DNA from: Macrostomum lignano
Taxonomy: Eukaryota
Assembly (NCBI GenBank): GCA_002269645.1
Contig: NIVC01001678.1
Location: 187,340-251,339, forward strand
DNA: 64,000 nt
Direction: 5' to 3'
The position numbers were made by a program, and so were the translations under genes. The notes under the pieces are model-generated. The model did no database searches, was not told the origin of the DNA, and saw only the letters and a program-made list of their open reading frames with translations. Below, one piece after another: positions 1-12,025 of the stretch (positions are counted from its first letter, which is position 1; every line of letters begins with the position of its first letter).

Positions 1-301
1 TTAGCATAGATAGATAGCATAGATAGATAGTTTAGCATGCAAATAATTTTTATGGTTTTTGACCGTACGAACTAAAAAGTGGACAAGAAAAGTACAGCAA
101 AAATATCACTGGAGTACATGATTCAAATGTAATATAATATATATAATATAATATTTTGGGCATGATAGCAGTAGGGAAGTGATACATAAGCGTACAGACT
201 ACACTTCTAAAGAAGCCTCGCTTGAGTGTTGAAAATAAGAGTCAATCTCAGCTATTATTTCAATAAGCTACTCTAAGTAGTTGATAGTTATTTAAATTAT
301 T

Positions 302-2322
302 TTACTCCTCGTCCACAGTACAAGCGGACAGGACGATTGACACGATGAGGCATACGGTTGCTAGGATGCTGCACACAAAGCCGGCGTTGAGACTGTTGGA
401 GGCCGCGTGGCCGTACTGCTGCACGCTGTGGAACACTGTGCCCAGGAACACGGACCAGCAGATTATGGTTAGGACCACTGGAATATGAATGAAGAATATA
501 GGGCTTAGCGAAACTCAAACATGTCTCGTGAATGACATCATTTTGCTGAGATGAGATAGCCATGCAGAACTTCTGAGGAGGCGATCGATAAAAATAGATT
601 TTTTTGCTGATAAAGTTTTACAACTCCAGGGAGAACTTTCAAATAAATTTTATAAATTTGGGCCAATCGGTTTAACTAACTTGAAAGTTCACGAAGCCTC
701 AAGTCTTTGGGAAAGCACAGAGCTATAAGGAAGGCCTTGACCTTTGGTTAGAAGGACTTTGATGGTGCAGTATAGTTGTCGGGAGTTAAGTGAGGTGGGA
801 TCGTGAGGCTGTAGGATTTTTTAGGGCTTGGGAATTATTGCGCAAATGTGGAAATTGTGATTTTGAGACTTTCGAGAGTGTGGGAATTGTGATTGTGTGG
901 GAGTTGTGAGGGTGTGTGAATTGTGAAGGTGTGGAAATTGTGATGGTGTGGGAATTGTGATTGTGTGGGAATTGTGAGGGTGTGTGAATTGTGAAGGTGT
1001 GGAAATTGTGATGGTGTGGGAATTGTGATTGTGTGGGAATTGTTAGGGTGTGCGAATTGTGACGGTGTGGGAATTGTGAGGGTGTGTGAATTGTGATGGT
1101 GTGGGAATTGTGATTGTGTGGGAATTGTGAGGGTGTGGAAATTGTAAGAGTGTGGGAATTGTGATGGTGTGGGAATTGTGATGGTGTGGGAATTGTGAGG
1201 GTGTGGGAATTGTGAGGGTGTGCGAATTGTGACGGTGTGGGAATTGTGAGGGTGTGTGAATTGTGATGGTGTGGGAATTGTGATTGTGTGGGAATTGTGA
1301 GGGTATGGAAATTGTAAGAGTGTGGGTTTTGCTAGCGTGTGGTATTTTCAAGACTTGTGAATTTCGAGAGTGTGCAGAGCCACAGTGAAATATTTAGAGA
1401 ACTTGGGATTCACAGAGCCAACAGCGGCTACTGGCACTCACAGGCCATGGCACACATTCCGGCCAGCGTGAAGGCCAGCCGTTTCTCCTTGTACCGGTGC
1501 CGGATCACGTTGGTGTCGTTGCAGGCGGTCACCAGCAGCAGAAACAACGCTCCGAAGGTCAAGCCGATGCACACAAACAACAGCACCCGGATGGCAATCA
1601 GGGCTCCGCTATGCGAGTCTGACAGGTGGTAGAGCGTCTTCTCAGTCAGGTGGGCCGATGCCAATCCCGTCTCTCCAGCCGATGACGTCAGAGCGATGGC
1701 TTTTTCGGATGCCGGCGCAAGCGATTTCGACTTGGTGGCGCCTGCTGGCGTCGGTGTCGGCTTTGGTGTCGATGCTGCAGGCTGCGGCGGCGGCTGGGCG
1801 GCCGGCGCTGGCTGCTGCTGCTCTTTCTGGTAGACCATGATCGCGTGATGGTAGTGATGATAGTACGGGTGGTAATAGTGGTAGTAGTGATAGTAGCGAA
1901 CACCTGCCGTTGTGCGGAATTAGGGTGGAATTTTCTAATGGAATTCGGTTGCTAATTGTTGACACCTCTCTCCTCTTTCATTGTCACTCATTAGCCCCAA
2001 TTGTCACTCATTAGCCCCTGCCTTGTCACTCATTAGCCCATTGTCACTCATTATCCTCTTGTCACTCATTAGCCTCTTGTCACTCATTAGTCCCAATTGT
2101 CACTCATTAGCCCCTTGTCACTCATTAGCAGTCCTACAGCAGCCACACCCGGTACTCACGCCGCGTCTCCCACAGTCCCACAGTCACATAGGTGGTCACT
2201 CTGATCTTGTCGGTCTCCTTCAGCGCCACTTCAACCAGCATCCAGCGATCGCTGAACAGGCTGATGGTGAGCAGACAGCCGGATGAGCACAGGAAGAAGA
2301 TCAAGGCGCAACTGTACAACAT
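302..2322 (-). CDS. Claudin/PMP22/EMP-superfamily-like four-transmembrane protein, 3 exons: complement(join(302..477,1442..1903,2160..2322)), 266 aa
   Basis: Exon 1 reads MLYSCALIFFLCSSGCLLTISLFSDRW...TVGLWETR (TM1 plus the W...GLW signature) with donor GTGAGT at 2159. Exon 2 has acceptor GGCAG| at 1903, TM2 ALIAIRVLLFVCIGLTFGALFLLLV, and donor GTGAGT at 1441. Exon 3 has acceptor TTCCAG| at 477 and reads LVLTIICWSVFLGTVF...GFVCSILATVCLIVSIVLSACTVDEE*. All junctions are phase 1; total 801 nt is an intact frame. An upstream exon cannot be excluded. Confidence 0.75.
860..1325. repeat. Intronic minisatellite, ~15-bp unit GTGTGGGAATTGTGA(N)
   Basis: Tandem copies visible in intron 2 of the claudin-like gene; explains ORF 1043..1351. 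Confidence 0.9.
1980..2130. repeat. Short intronic tandem repeat TTGTCACTCATTAGCCCC
   Basis: About 7 degenerate copies in intron 1. Confidence 0.85.
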
Positions 2323-2884
2323 GCCGCCAGCCAACTCCCCGCGGGGCAAGTCTGTATCTCTGCTGCAGCAGAAACTACTAGAATGCAGACTAGGAGGTCC
2401 TTCTATTCTATCTAGTCAGCCAGACTGACTCTTAGGAACCAGCTATGGTATCGATTTGCGGGGGGGGGAGGGGGTTGGGGTAACTTTTCCAATGGCTACT
2501 TTATCCCCAGCTACTCTTGTCATTCCTCCCCCCTTTGCAGCTCGAAAACTCAATGTGGCTGTGTGTGCGCATGGGCTCAGCTCGCTTCAATAGGAGCTAT
2601 AGTTGAGACCGGTTGGCTCTGCGCGGATATGGGGGGACCTCTGGTAGCTCGTAAGAGTTGGTTTGGGTCTGCCGGACAGAGTCAACTCAGCTCAAGTATA
2701 TGAATCATATACACTTGGGCTAGTATGGTTTAAGTCAAATGAAATTATATTATAGAATTACTAAGCTATTGAATCCATAGCTCAGATCGCAGTTCAAGAC
2801 ATTTCCTATCAACAACTATTTAGTGGAATCGGCTATTGAAATTTTAGATATTGTTCAGCATAGCTATAGATGCGGATTGAGCGC

Positions 2885-3440
2885 TTCCAGACCTTCCTCC
2901 CTCCTCTATCTCCCGCTTCTAGACCTTCCACCCTCCTCTGTCTGCCGCTTCTAGACCTTCCTCCCTCCTCTATCTGCCGCTTCTAGACCTTCCTCCCTCC
3001 TCTGTCTGCCGCTTCTAGACCTTCCTCCCTCCTCTATCTGCCGCTTCTAGACCTTCCTCCCTCCTCTATCTGCCGCTTCTAGATCTTCCTCCCTCCTCTA
3101 TCTGCCGCTTCTAGACCTTCCTCCCTCCTCTGTCTGCCGCTTCTAGACCTTCCTCCCTCCTCTATCTGCCGCTTCTAGACCTTCCTCCCTCCTCTATCTG
3201 CCGCTTCTAGATCTTCCTCCCTCCTCTATCTGCCGCTTCTAGACCTTCCTCCCTCCTCTATCTGCCGCTTCTAGACCTTCCACCCTCCTCTGTCTGCCGC
3301 TTCTAGACCTTCCACCCTCCTCTGTCTGCCGCTTCTAGACCTTCCTCCCTCCTCTGTCTGCCGCTTCTAGATCTTCCAACCACCTCTGTCTGCCGCTTCT
3401 AGACCTTCCACCCTCCTCTATCTCTCCTTCCTTCCTAGAT
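2885..3440. repeat. ~32-bp minisatellite CTGCCGCTTCTAGACCTTCCTCCCTCCTCTAT
   Basis: Direct tandem copies. Confidence 0.92.
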
Positions 3441-3692
3441 CTGGTGCTATCGAACACCCATGAATGCTAGATAGTGTGCACGTCTGACGGTTATAAAGTC
3501 AGGCCCGCTGTACACCCTGTGTGAGTGCTGTGCCTGCGTACAGCATTGGCGCGCTTGCATCCAACAGGCGATTTCAATAACCGAAATTTTAACCGCATGC
3601 TTTTGCTTTGCTTTTAAGCTGCAATTCCATTCCTTTGTTTGAATTTGTTCAGAAGTACCACAATTCCTGGGGTTATGTTGCTGCCCCAGGCC

Positions 3693-4545
<853 letters not shown>

Positions 4546-5029
4546 TCGTTTTCCGGACCAATGAAAATTTTACTTAAAGCACATTCTCACTGCTATCAAC
4601 CACCGTCATGCATTTGAGCTGCTTAAGGAACACCCCTCCGCCTAAACAAGTCGGTAACTGGCATCAGGCTGCTACTTTAAGTAGCAAAGCAGAAGCTACG
4701 ATAGCATAGCAATTATTCTGTGGCCAAGCCGAACCGCACCCATACCTCTGAAACGCTTTATTATTATGGGTTTCCCATAAACGTTTCCTTCTGCCAACAG
4801 TTCAGGAAGACAACGAACAATGGACTCGATGGTACTTTCTCTGTGTGATCTCTAGAGTCACATTCTCAAACTTCAGGCGAGGATTTTTCCTCTTCATAAT
4901 CAGTATATTTTATAAACTAACACACTGTACGCCAGCAAGGAGGAATAGGGGAAGAAAGTGGAATGGGGAGGCCCAATAGGAGCCGTCGGCCAGAGAAGAT
5001 TCATGCATCACTCGAGGGTCGCATGGCTG

Positions 5030-5627
5030 GGGTGCTTTCACAAGGTCGAAATTTCACAACGTCGAAAAGTAAATTATTTCACAAGGTCGAAACTTCACAA
5101 GGTCGAAATTTCACAACATCGAAAACTTTAGCAAGAGACTTCATAAGGTCGAAATTTCATAAGGTCGAAATTTCATAAGGTCGAAATTTCACAACATCGA
5201 AAACTCAAATAGCAGCCACTTTCACAAGGTCGAAACTTCACAAGGTCGAAATTTCACAACATCGAAAAATCTAGCAAGAGATTTCATAAGGTCGAAATTT
5301 CACAAGGTCGAAATTTCATAACATCGAAAACTCAAGTGCAGCCACTTTCACAAGGTCGAAACTTCATAAGCTCGAAATTTCACAAAGTCGAAAATTTTAT
5401 ATATCAAGAACCATACAGTAGTTTTCTACGTTGTGAAATTTCGACCTTATGAAGTCCTTTGCTAAAGCTTTCGATGTTGTGAAATTTCGACCTTGTGAAG
5501 TTTCGACCTTGTGAAAGTGGCTGCTATTTGAGTTTTCGATGTTATGAAATTTCGACCTTGTGAAATTTCGACCTTGTGAAAGAAGGTGCTTTCGACGTTG
5601 TGAAATTTCGAGTTTGTGAAACCCCCC
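5030..5627. mobile_element. Non-autonomous foldback (FB/Mutator-like) element with internally repetitive inverted arms and a 9-bp TSD
   Basis: Left arm is tandem TTCACAAGGTCGAAAT; right arm is the reverse complement. Termini GGGTGCTTTCACAA...TTGTGAAACCCCCC. Direct repeat GCATGGCTG at 5021-5029 and 5628-5636. Confidence 0.85.
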
Positions 5628-5886
5628 GCATGGCTGAGCTTCTCGCTCGCCGATAATCAGGGCTATTTTTAGGCATGCAAAAGCTTGTTCACGCATCACG
5701 TGCGTGTCGGTTGATTTCTCCAATCCTCTTGCTAACGGCGGTTTGGTTTCACTTCTCCTCATTTCTTCTATTGGACGGTGGCAGCGCTGCCAATGGCAGT
5801 CAATTGTGACGCGAATGAGCAAAAATAGATAAATTCCAGCAAAATGCGGAGCTCTCCGCATTCCACAGCACCGATACCGAGCCGAA

Positions 5887-7245
5887 ATGGAAGCTCTTTG
5901 GAGAATCCTGACAGCGATTGCAGCAGTTCTGATGCAGGCCTTCGGCAGGCCCGCAGGCCGAAGCGAGGACCTTGATGGCACTGAGCGGGAGATCCTGGCA
6001 GCCATTGTGTTCGAAAATGAAACAAAAATTTCACGCTACCTGCAGATGGCTTCTAACGTTGATAAGCTCTTCAGCATGTCTGGGATAAGATTCACACCGC
6101 TTCACTTTGCATGTGAAATGGGAAACGTCAAAATTATCGAAATGTTCATTCAAGCCAGAGTTGACGTCAATCTTCAACGAAGCGATGGCTGCTCACCTCT
6201 GTACATTGCATCAGCGGAGGGTCACCACCAAGTTGTTTGCTCACTCATCAAAGCACAAGCTGACGTCAATCTTCAACGAAACACTGGCGAGTCACCTCTG
6301 TACATTGCATCACAGAATGGTCACCACCAAGTTGTGAGCTCACTCATCAAAGCACAAGCTGACGTCAATCTTCCACAAAACACTGGCTCTTCACCTCTCT
6401 ACATTGCATCACATTATGGTCACCACCAAAGTGTGTGCATACTCATCAAAGCACAAGCTGACGTTAATCTTCAAAAAGTCTATGGCTGCTCACCTCTCTA
6501 CATTGCATCACAGAATGGTTACCACCAAGTTGTGAGCTCACTCATCAAAGTACAAGCTGACGTCAATCTTCAACAAGTCTATGGCTGCTCACCTCTCTAC
6601 ATTGCATCACAGAATGGTCACCACCAAGTTGTGAGCTCACTCATCAAAGCACAAGCTGACATCAATCTTCAAGAAGTCGATGGCGACTCACCTCTCTGCA
6701 TTGCATCACAGAATGGTTACCACCAAGTTGTGAGCTCACTCATCAAAGCACAAGCTGACGTCAATCTTCAAGCAGTCGATGGCTGCTCACCTCTCTACAT
6801 TGCATCACAGAATGGTCACCACCAAGTTGTGAGCTCACTCATCAAAGTACAAGCTGACGTCAATCTTCAACATGTCAATGGCTGCTCACCTCTCTACACT
6901 GCATCACAGCAAGGTCATCACCAAATTGTAAGCTCACTCATTAAGGCACAAGCTGACGTCAATCTTCAACGAAACGATGGCCGCTCACCTCTCTACATTG
7001 CATCAGCAAAGGGTCACCACCAAGTTGTGAGGTCACTCATCAAAGCACAAGCTGACGTCAATCTTCAAGAAAACGTTCATGGCTCGTCACCTCTCTGGAT
7101 TGCATCACAAAATGGTCACCACCGAGTTGTGAGCTCACTCATCAAAGCACAAGCTGACACCAAGGTTGAGCATATTCATTATCAAGAAGTCGCTGAAAAC
7201 ACATCTGCTGTGGAAGAGCCACCGAAAGAGTCACTATTTGGGTAA
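5887..7245 (+). CDS. Ankyrin-repeat exon A (11 repeats; 452 aa if unspliced); paralogue of exon 1 of the ANK-cGLR gene, with the same phase-2 donor at 7241/7242
   Basis: 33-aa repeats G.SPLYIAS..GHHQVVSSLIKAQADVNL; ATG in gccgaaATGG context; ends TTT GG|GTAATT exactly like 15595. Confidence 0.88.
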   Translation: MEALWRILTAIAAVLMQAFGRPAGRSEDLDGTEREILAAIVFENETKISRYLQMASNVDKLFSMSGIRFTPLHFACEMGNVKIIEMFIQARVDVNLQRSDGCSPLYIASAEGHHQVVCSLIKAQADVNLQRNTGESPLYIASQNGHHQVVSSLIKAQADVNLPQNTGSSPLYIASHYGHHQSVCILIKAQADVNLQKVYGCSPLYIASQNGYHQVVSSLIKVQADVNLQQVYGCSPLYIASQNGHHQVVSSLIKAQADINLQEVDGDSPLCIASQNGYHQVVSSLIKAQADVNLQAVDGCSPLYIASQNGHHQVVSSLIKVQADVNLQHVNGCSPLYTASQQGHHQIVSSLIKAQADVNLQRNDGRSPLYIASAKGHHQVVRSLIKAQADVNLQENVHGSSPLWIASQNGHHRVVSSLIKAQADTKVEHIHYQEVAENTSAVEEPPKESLFG

Positions 7246-7410
7246 TTTTCAGTCATTAGATTTGTTTTCTTCATTTTTTCGTTTTTCATGTTTTTTCGTT
7301 TTTGATTCTTAATAACTTTTTTATTAGTTTTTACGGGTTCGAAGTAGATTGTATAATAGTACCATCAAGTAGTAATGAGAGGCGGTTCTGTAAGGTGGAG
7401 CACCGCGCAA

Positions 7411-7511
7411 GTAGTATTGGTATATATTGAGAATGAACATCAAGTGAATGAGAGAACGTCACAACCGAAGTGAGTGTGTATGGTCATCCTCAATATATAC
7501 CAATAAACTAC
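7411..7511. mobile_element. ~100-bp MITE (TIR GTAGTATTGGTATATATTGAG), copy 1 of 4
   Basis: Terminal inverted repeats; other copies at 8257-8355, ~15765-15865, 16605-16703; TA flanks suggest Tc1/mariner type. Confidence 0.65.
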
Positions 7512-8256
7512 TAAAAATATCTAGTTAGTGAAGCTGATGCAATAGGTAAAACAGCATCAGCAGCAAAGAACATATCTGATGCGAAGAAATCATACAGTAA
7601 CATGTGTAAAGCAGGTGAGGAACTGGAATATATTAAAAAGAAACTTAGAGAAAAGGAAGCAAAGATAAGAATGCATGGAAGAAGAGCAGCAGATACAGTG
7701 TAGCCTCCCAATTAAACAAGGCTATTCAAGATATTGTTAAAATGGCTCGCTTCTAGGATCAACAGAACAGTCTCAAGTATCTTCAAGACAAGGCAATGGT
7801 TTGAAGAAATTCTCACATAAAAAATGAGCGAGAAAAATACTGAAGCAAGACTTAATCGCTGTATTGGTGAAGGAACTTCACGATATGTCAACTATAAATA
7901 TAGCAATTTTCTCGGTGTATTATAGACACTGTGGAGAGAATGAAAAAGTTCCCCTTTCCGAGTACAATAGTTGGAATGATAGGAATTTAAGGTTTTTAGT
8001 GGTGGCAGTGGCAGTGGCACTGCCATTTGTCAAAGTTGTTATGCTTTTATTTTATGATTGGAGTTTAAAGTTTTAAGGGTAGCTGAGATCACTACCTAGA
8101 AAATAGGGTTACATACAAAATCAGAATAGTTTGGAAACTGCCAGTGCCACTACCACATCTGCCACACACCTTGGGCTGTCCAAAGAGTGGTGCCACATGC
8201 CACCGAATTGGAATTTAAGGTTTTTTACAGACCCCTATTTTTTAAGATATTTTGTA

Positions 8257-8355
8257 GTAGTATTGGTATATATTGAGGATGAACATCAAGTGAATGAGAG
8301 AACGTCACGACCGAAGGTAGTGTGTATGGTCATACTCAATATATACCAATACTAC
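8257..8355. mobile_element. ~100-bp MITE, copy 2
   Basis: 21-bp TIR GTAGTATTGGTATATATTGAG / CTCAATATATACCAATACTAC. Confidence 0.7.
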
Positions 8356-8572
8356 TCCCACCCCACCTCCGGATGCCCTACCCAACCCCTAGCCTGCCCC
8401 ACCCTGTTGTGTGTGTACTGTGTGCACTAATATCGCTATTCTATTGACTTCGTACTTTAGTGTACTACAGTGTCTACTAGTCTACTCACACCCCGACAAT
8501 ATATATCGGCTTGTTAACCCAGTGTCTGGGTCTAAGGGTTCTCGTAGCTTGCAACTAACATGACTTAGCTTA

Positions 8573-9502
<930 letters not shown>

Positions 9503-10641
9503 CTATCCTGCCCATGGGCCCTTTTATCTCTCATCTTCTTTTTTCCCCTCATCTCCCAATTCTCCTGTCTCATCTCACCTCTCCTTTGCTATCTCACTTC
9601 TCCTCTCCTCTCTCCTGTCTCCTCTCAAGTCTTCCCTTCCCTCTCCTCTCTCATTTCCTCTCTCTATTTTCTCTCTTCTCTTTCTTTGTCCTCCTCTGTC
9701 TCGCAGTCATGCATGTGTAAGAGTAAATTGCTGGCCCTTTGGTTAAAATGTTTGCCAACACCGTATATAAGCGCTTCGTAATGTCATTGCGCATGGTTTG
9801 GATGTATGAGAGAGCAGAGAAAGACAGTCAAGGATTGCAAAATTTGATATTGAAATATTTAACTATAAGATCATTTAATTTCAGAAAAGTTACAGTCGCT
9901 GTCATCAGACATCGTTAGTCATTACTCCATGCTGTTGCAACCGGAGAGTTTGAGTGCCTGATTAATGCATGTTCGGGACTTTAATCTCTATACTTGGGTC
10001 CAAAACTTTTGCATGCGACTGGGTCCATTCATCTTGCACTGGTCATTGGATTTGTAATCAGCCTCGAGCTGTTTACAACTGGAACTGGCTGAGGCAACTG
10101 AGTACATTTTTTTTGTAAATGCATTTTCTATTGTAAATATGTTTTTGTTTAAAAGATATTTGCTAGGAATTAAGCAAGCAGTCAGTAAAAGTATCAAGCT
10201 GGAAGATTTTCAAGTTAAGTCGACCAACCTTTTCCGATTTCTTTGGGAAAATGCAGATGGAATTAATGCGAGTCAGGGAACAATTCTGTCCCTTATAGCA
10301 ACTGCTTGTATCGCATTGAGTATTTTGTATCTTTTGGTTTGTGAAAGTTAACTTATCGAAATTAGGAGTTAATAAGTTAAGATTTTGCTATTAACAAAAG
10401 TTAAGATTTTCATTAACGGTGCCCAACATTGCTTATCTAGTAGTTTGTCTTATTTAGCACTTTGTGTCTTATATTGTATTTTTGTCTGATTTATGAACAT
10501 AAACTGACAATAATTATCCAATTTTCTACTTTCGCTATGTAATTTTGCGTTCTAATTGCTCCCAATTGGGCCGTTTTAGCTGTGCCTGTTTTGTGCGTAC
10601 GTATATTCGTATAATAGTTCCACGATCGATAATTCATACAT

Positions 10642-10788
10642 GCGCAACCTTGGGAATCACCCGGCCGTTTCTATTGGCAGCACACACATGTAAGTCGCTA
10701 TTGGACAGAACAGTAGTCACGTGACTGCTCTCAGCCAATAGCAAATTACATTGCCAATAGAAACGGCCGGGGAATCCCAAGGTTGCGC
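10642..10788. mobile_element. ~147-bp palindromic MITE-like hairpin
   Basis: Arms GCGCAACCTTGGGA..CCCGGCCGTTTCTATTGGCA and its reverse complement; central palindrome AGTCACGTGACT; no clear TSD. Confidence 0.55.
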
Positions 10789-11594
10789 CAAATCATGATA
10801 ATTTAGGCCTCTCAGTGCCCGTGGCGCACGAAGAGGTCCATTTTATTACCTGTAAATATAACCTGGTCTCTCTCTTTCTACTTTTTACGACCGTTTACAG
10901 CTTTCACTCCCCGCCTGTTGCTAAATATAGCTTCTTAAGTGTTAGTCATTCCGTCTTCGTTATTTCTCCCACTAGCAATTGGACAATTTTGTAGATTGTT
11001 GATTGTCTCTTATTCGTAGAATGCGAGCAACAATGTTAAACATCACTGCGCAGACTTGTAGCGCTGTAAAATCAATTAAAGCGTTCAATACGGTGGTTTT
11101 TGGTACGAGCGTATATTGATTAATAAAATACAGAACCAAAGTTGAGCACCAGGTTCGGATTGCAATTGTTGCTGAAACTACAAGCATTTTACAGCTGATT
11201 CTGAAACAGTTACCAGCAGTTATTGGTTGGGAATTGGGAATATCATATACCCTATTCAGGTGCGCTTGAGCTGCACGTCATATTCAACCTGTATAGTCCC
11301 AGGGTGGTGCTGTGCTCCTCCTAGTTTGCTCCGCTTCTGTATAGGTTGACTGTGAGGATTATACACTGCGAAAGTACTTAGACCAGAATCTCAATTAAGT
11401 ATTTTGACAGAACCTGTCTAGTGGCTCCGACACAGATCACTTCTGGGACGGCCGATCGACGGAGAAGCGTCGTCCACAACTTCAGCAACCGAATCAACAA
11501 CTGCCTGAGACATTAGCGAAGCTGTGCCCGCTGCCTGCACACTTGATATCAGGCGAAAATCAGACGGAGCTCTTGGAATGCGTCGCAGTGCAAG

Positions 11595-11808
11595 CGGCAG
11601 CGGAAGCGGCAGCGGAAGCGGCAGCGGAAGCGGCAGCGGAAGCGGCAGCGGAAGCGGCAGCGGAAGCGGCAGCGGAAGCGGCAGCGGAAGCGGCAGCGGA
11701 AGCGGCAGCGGAAGCGGCAGCGGAAGCGGCAGCGGAAGCGGCAGCGGAAGCGGCAGCGGAAGCGGCAGCGGAAGCGGCAGCGGAAGCGGCAGCGGAAGCG
11801 GCAGCGGA
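11595..11808. repeat. 12-bp tandem (GCGGCAGCGGAA)n
   Basis: About 17 perfect units; reads (AAAE)n, (SG)n or (PL)n depending on frame. Confidence 0.95.
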
Positions 11809-11885
11809 GTTCGTTGAGTTGCAGCCAGCAGAGATGCTTTCAGGCAGTAACTTGTCAACCATATCCGTTGTTTCTGTCATTGCAG

Positions 11886-12025
11886 AAAACTCTGCTTCTT
11901 CTCGCTAAGCGGTCTACAGTGTCAGAGACAGTTCGGGCGATGATGGACTCCTGTTTGACTCCCGACCCACAGGCAGCTATCAACTTCAATGGAAGAGATA
12001 TGCGGAGTCCAGCTCGTCTGGCAGG
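11886..12025 (+). other. Possible DUF4806/BEN-like coding fragment (transposon-associated)
   Basis: TVSETVRAMMDSCLTPDPQAAINFNGR resembles the 'vrril..l.t.e.a...nw.G' pattern as I recall it; no consistent splice phase with the upstream segment. Confidence 0.25.
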
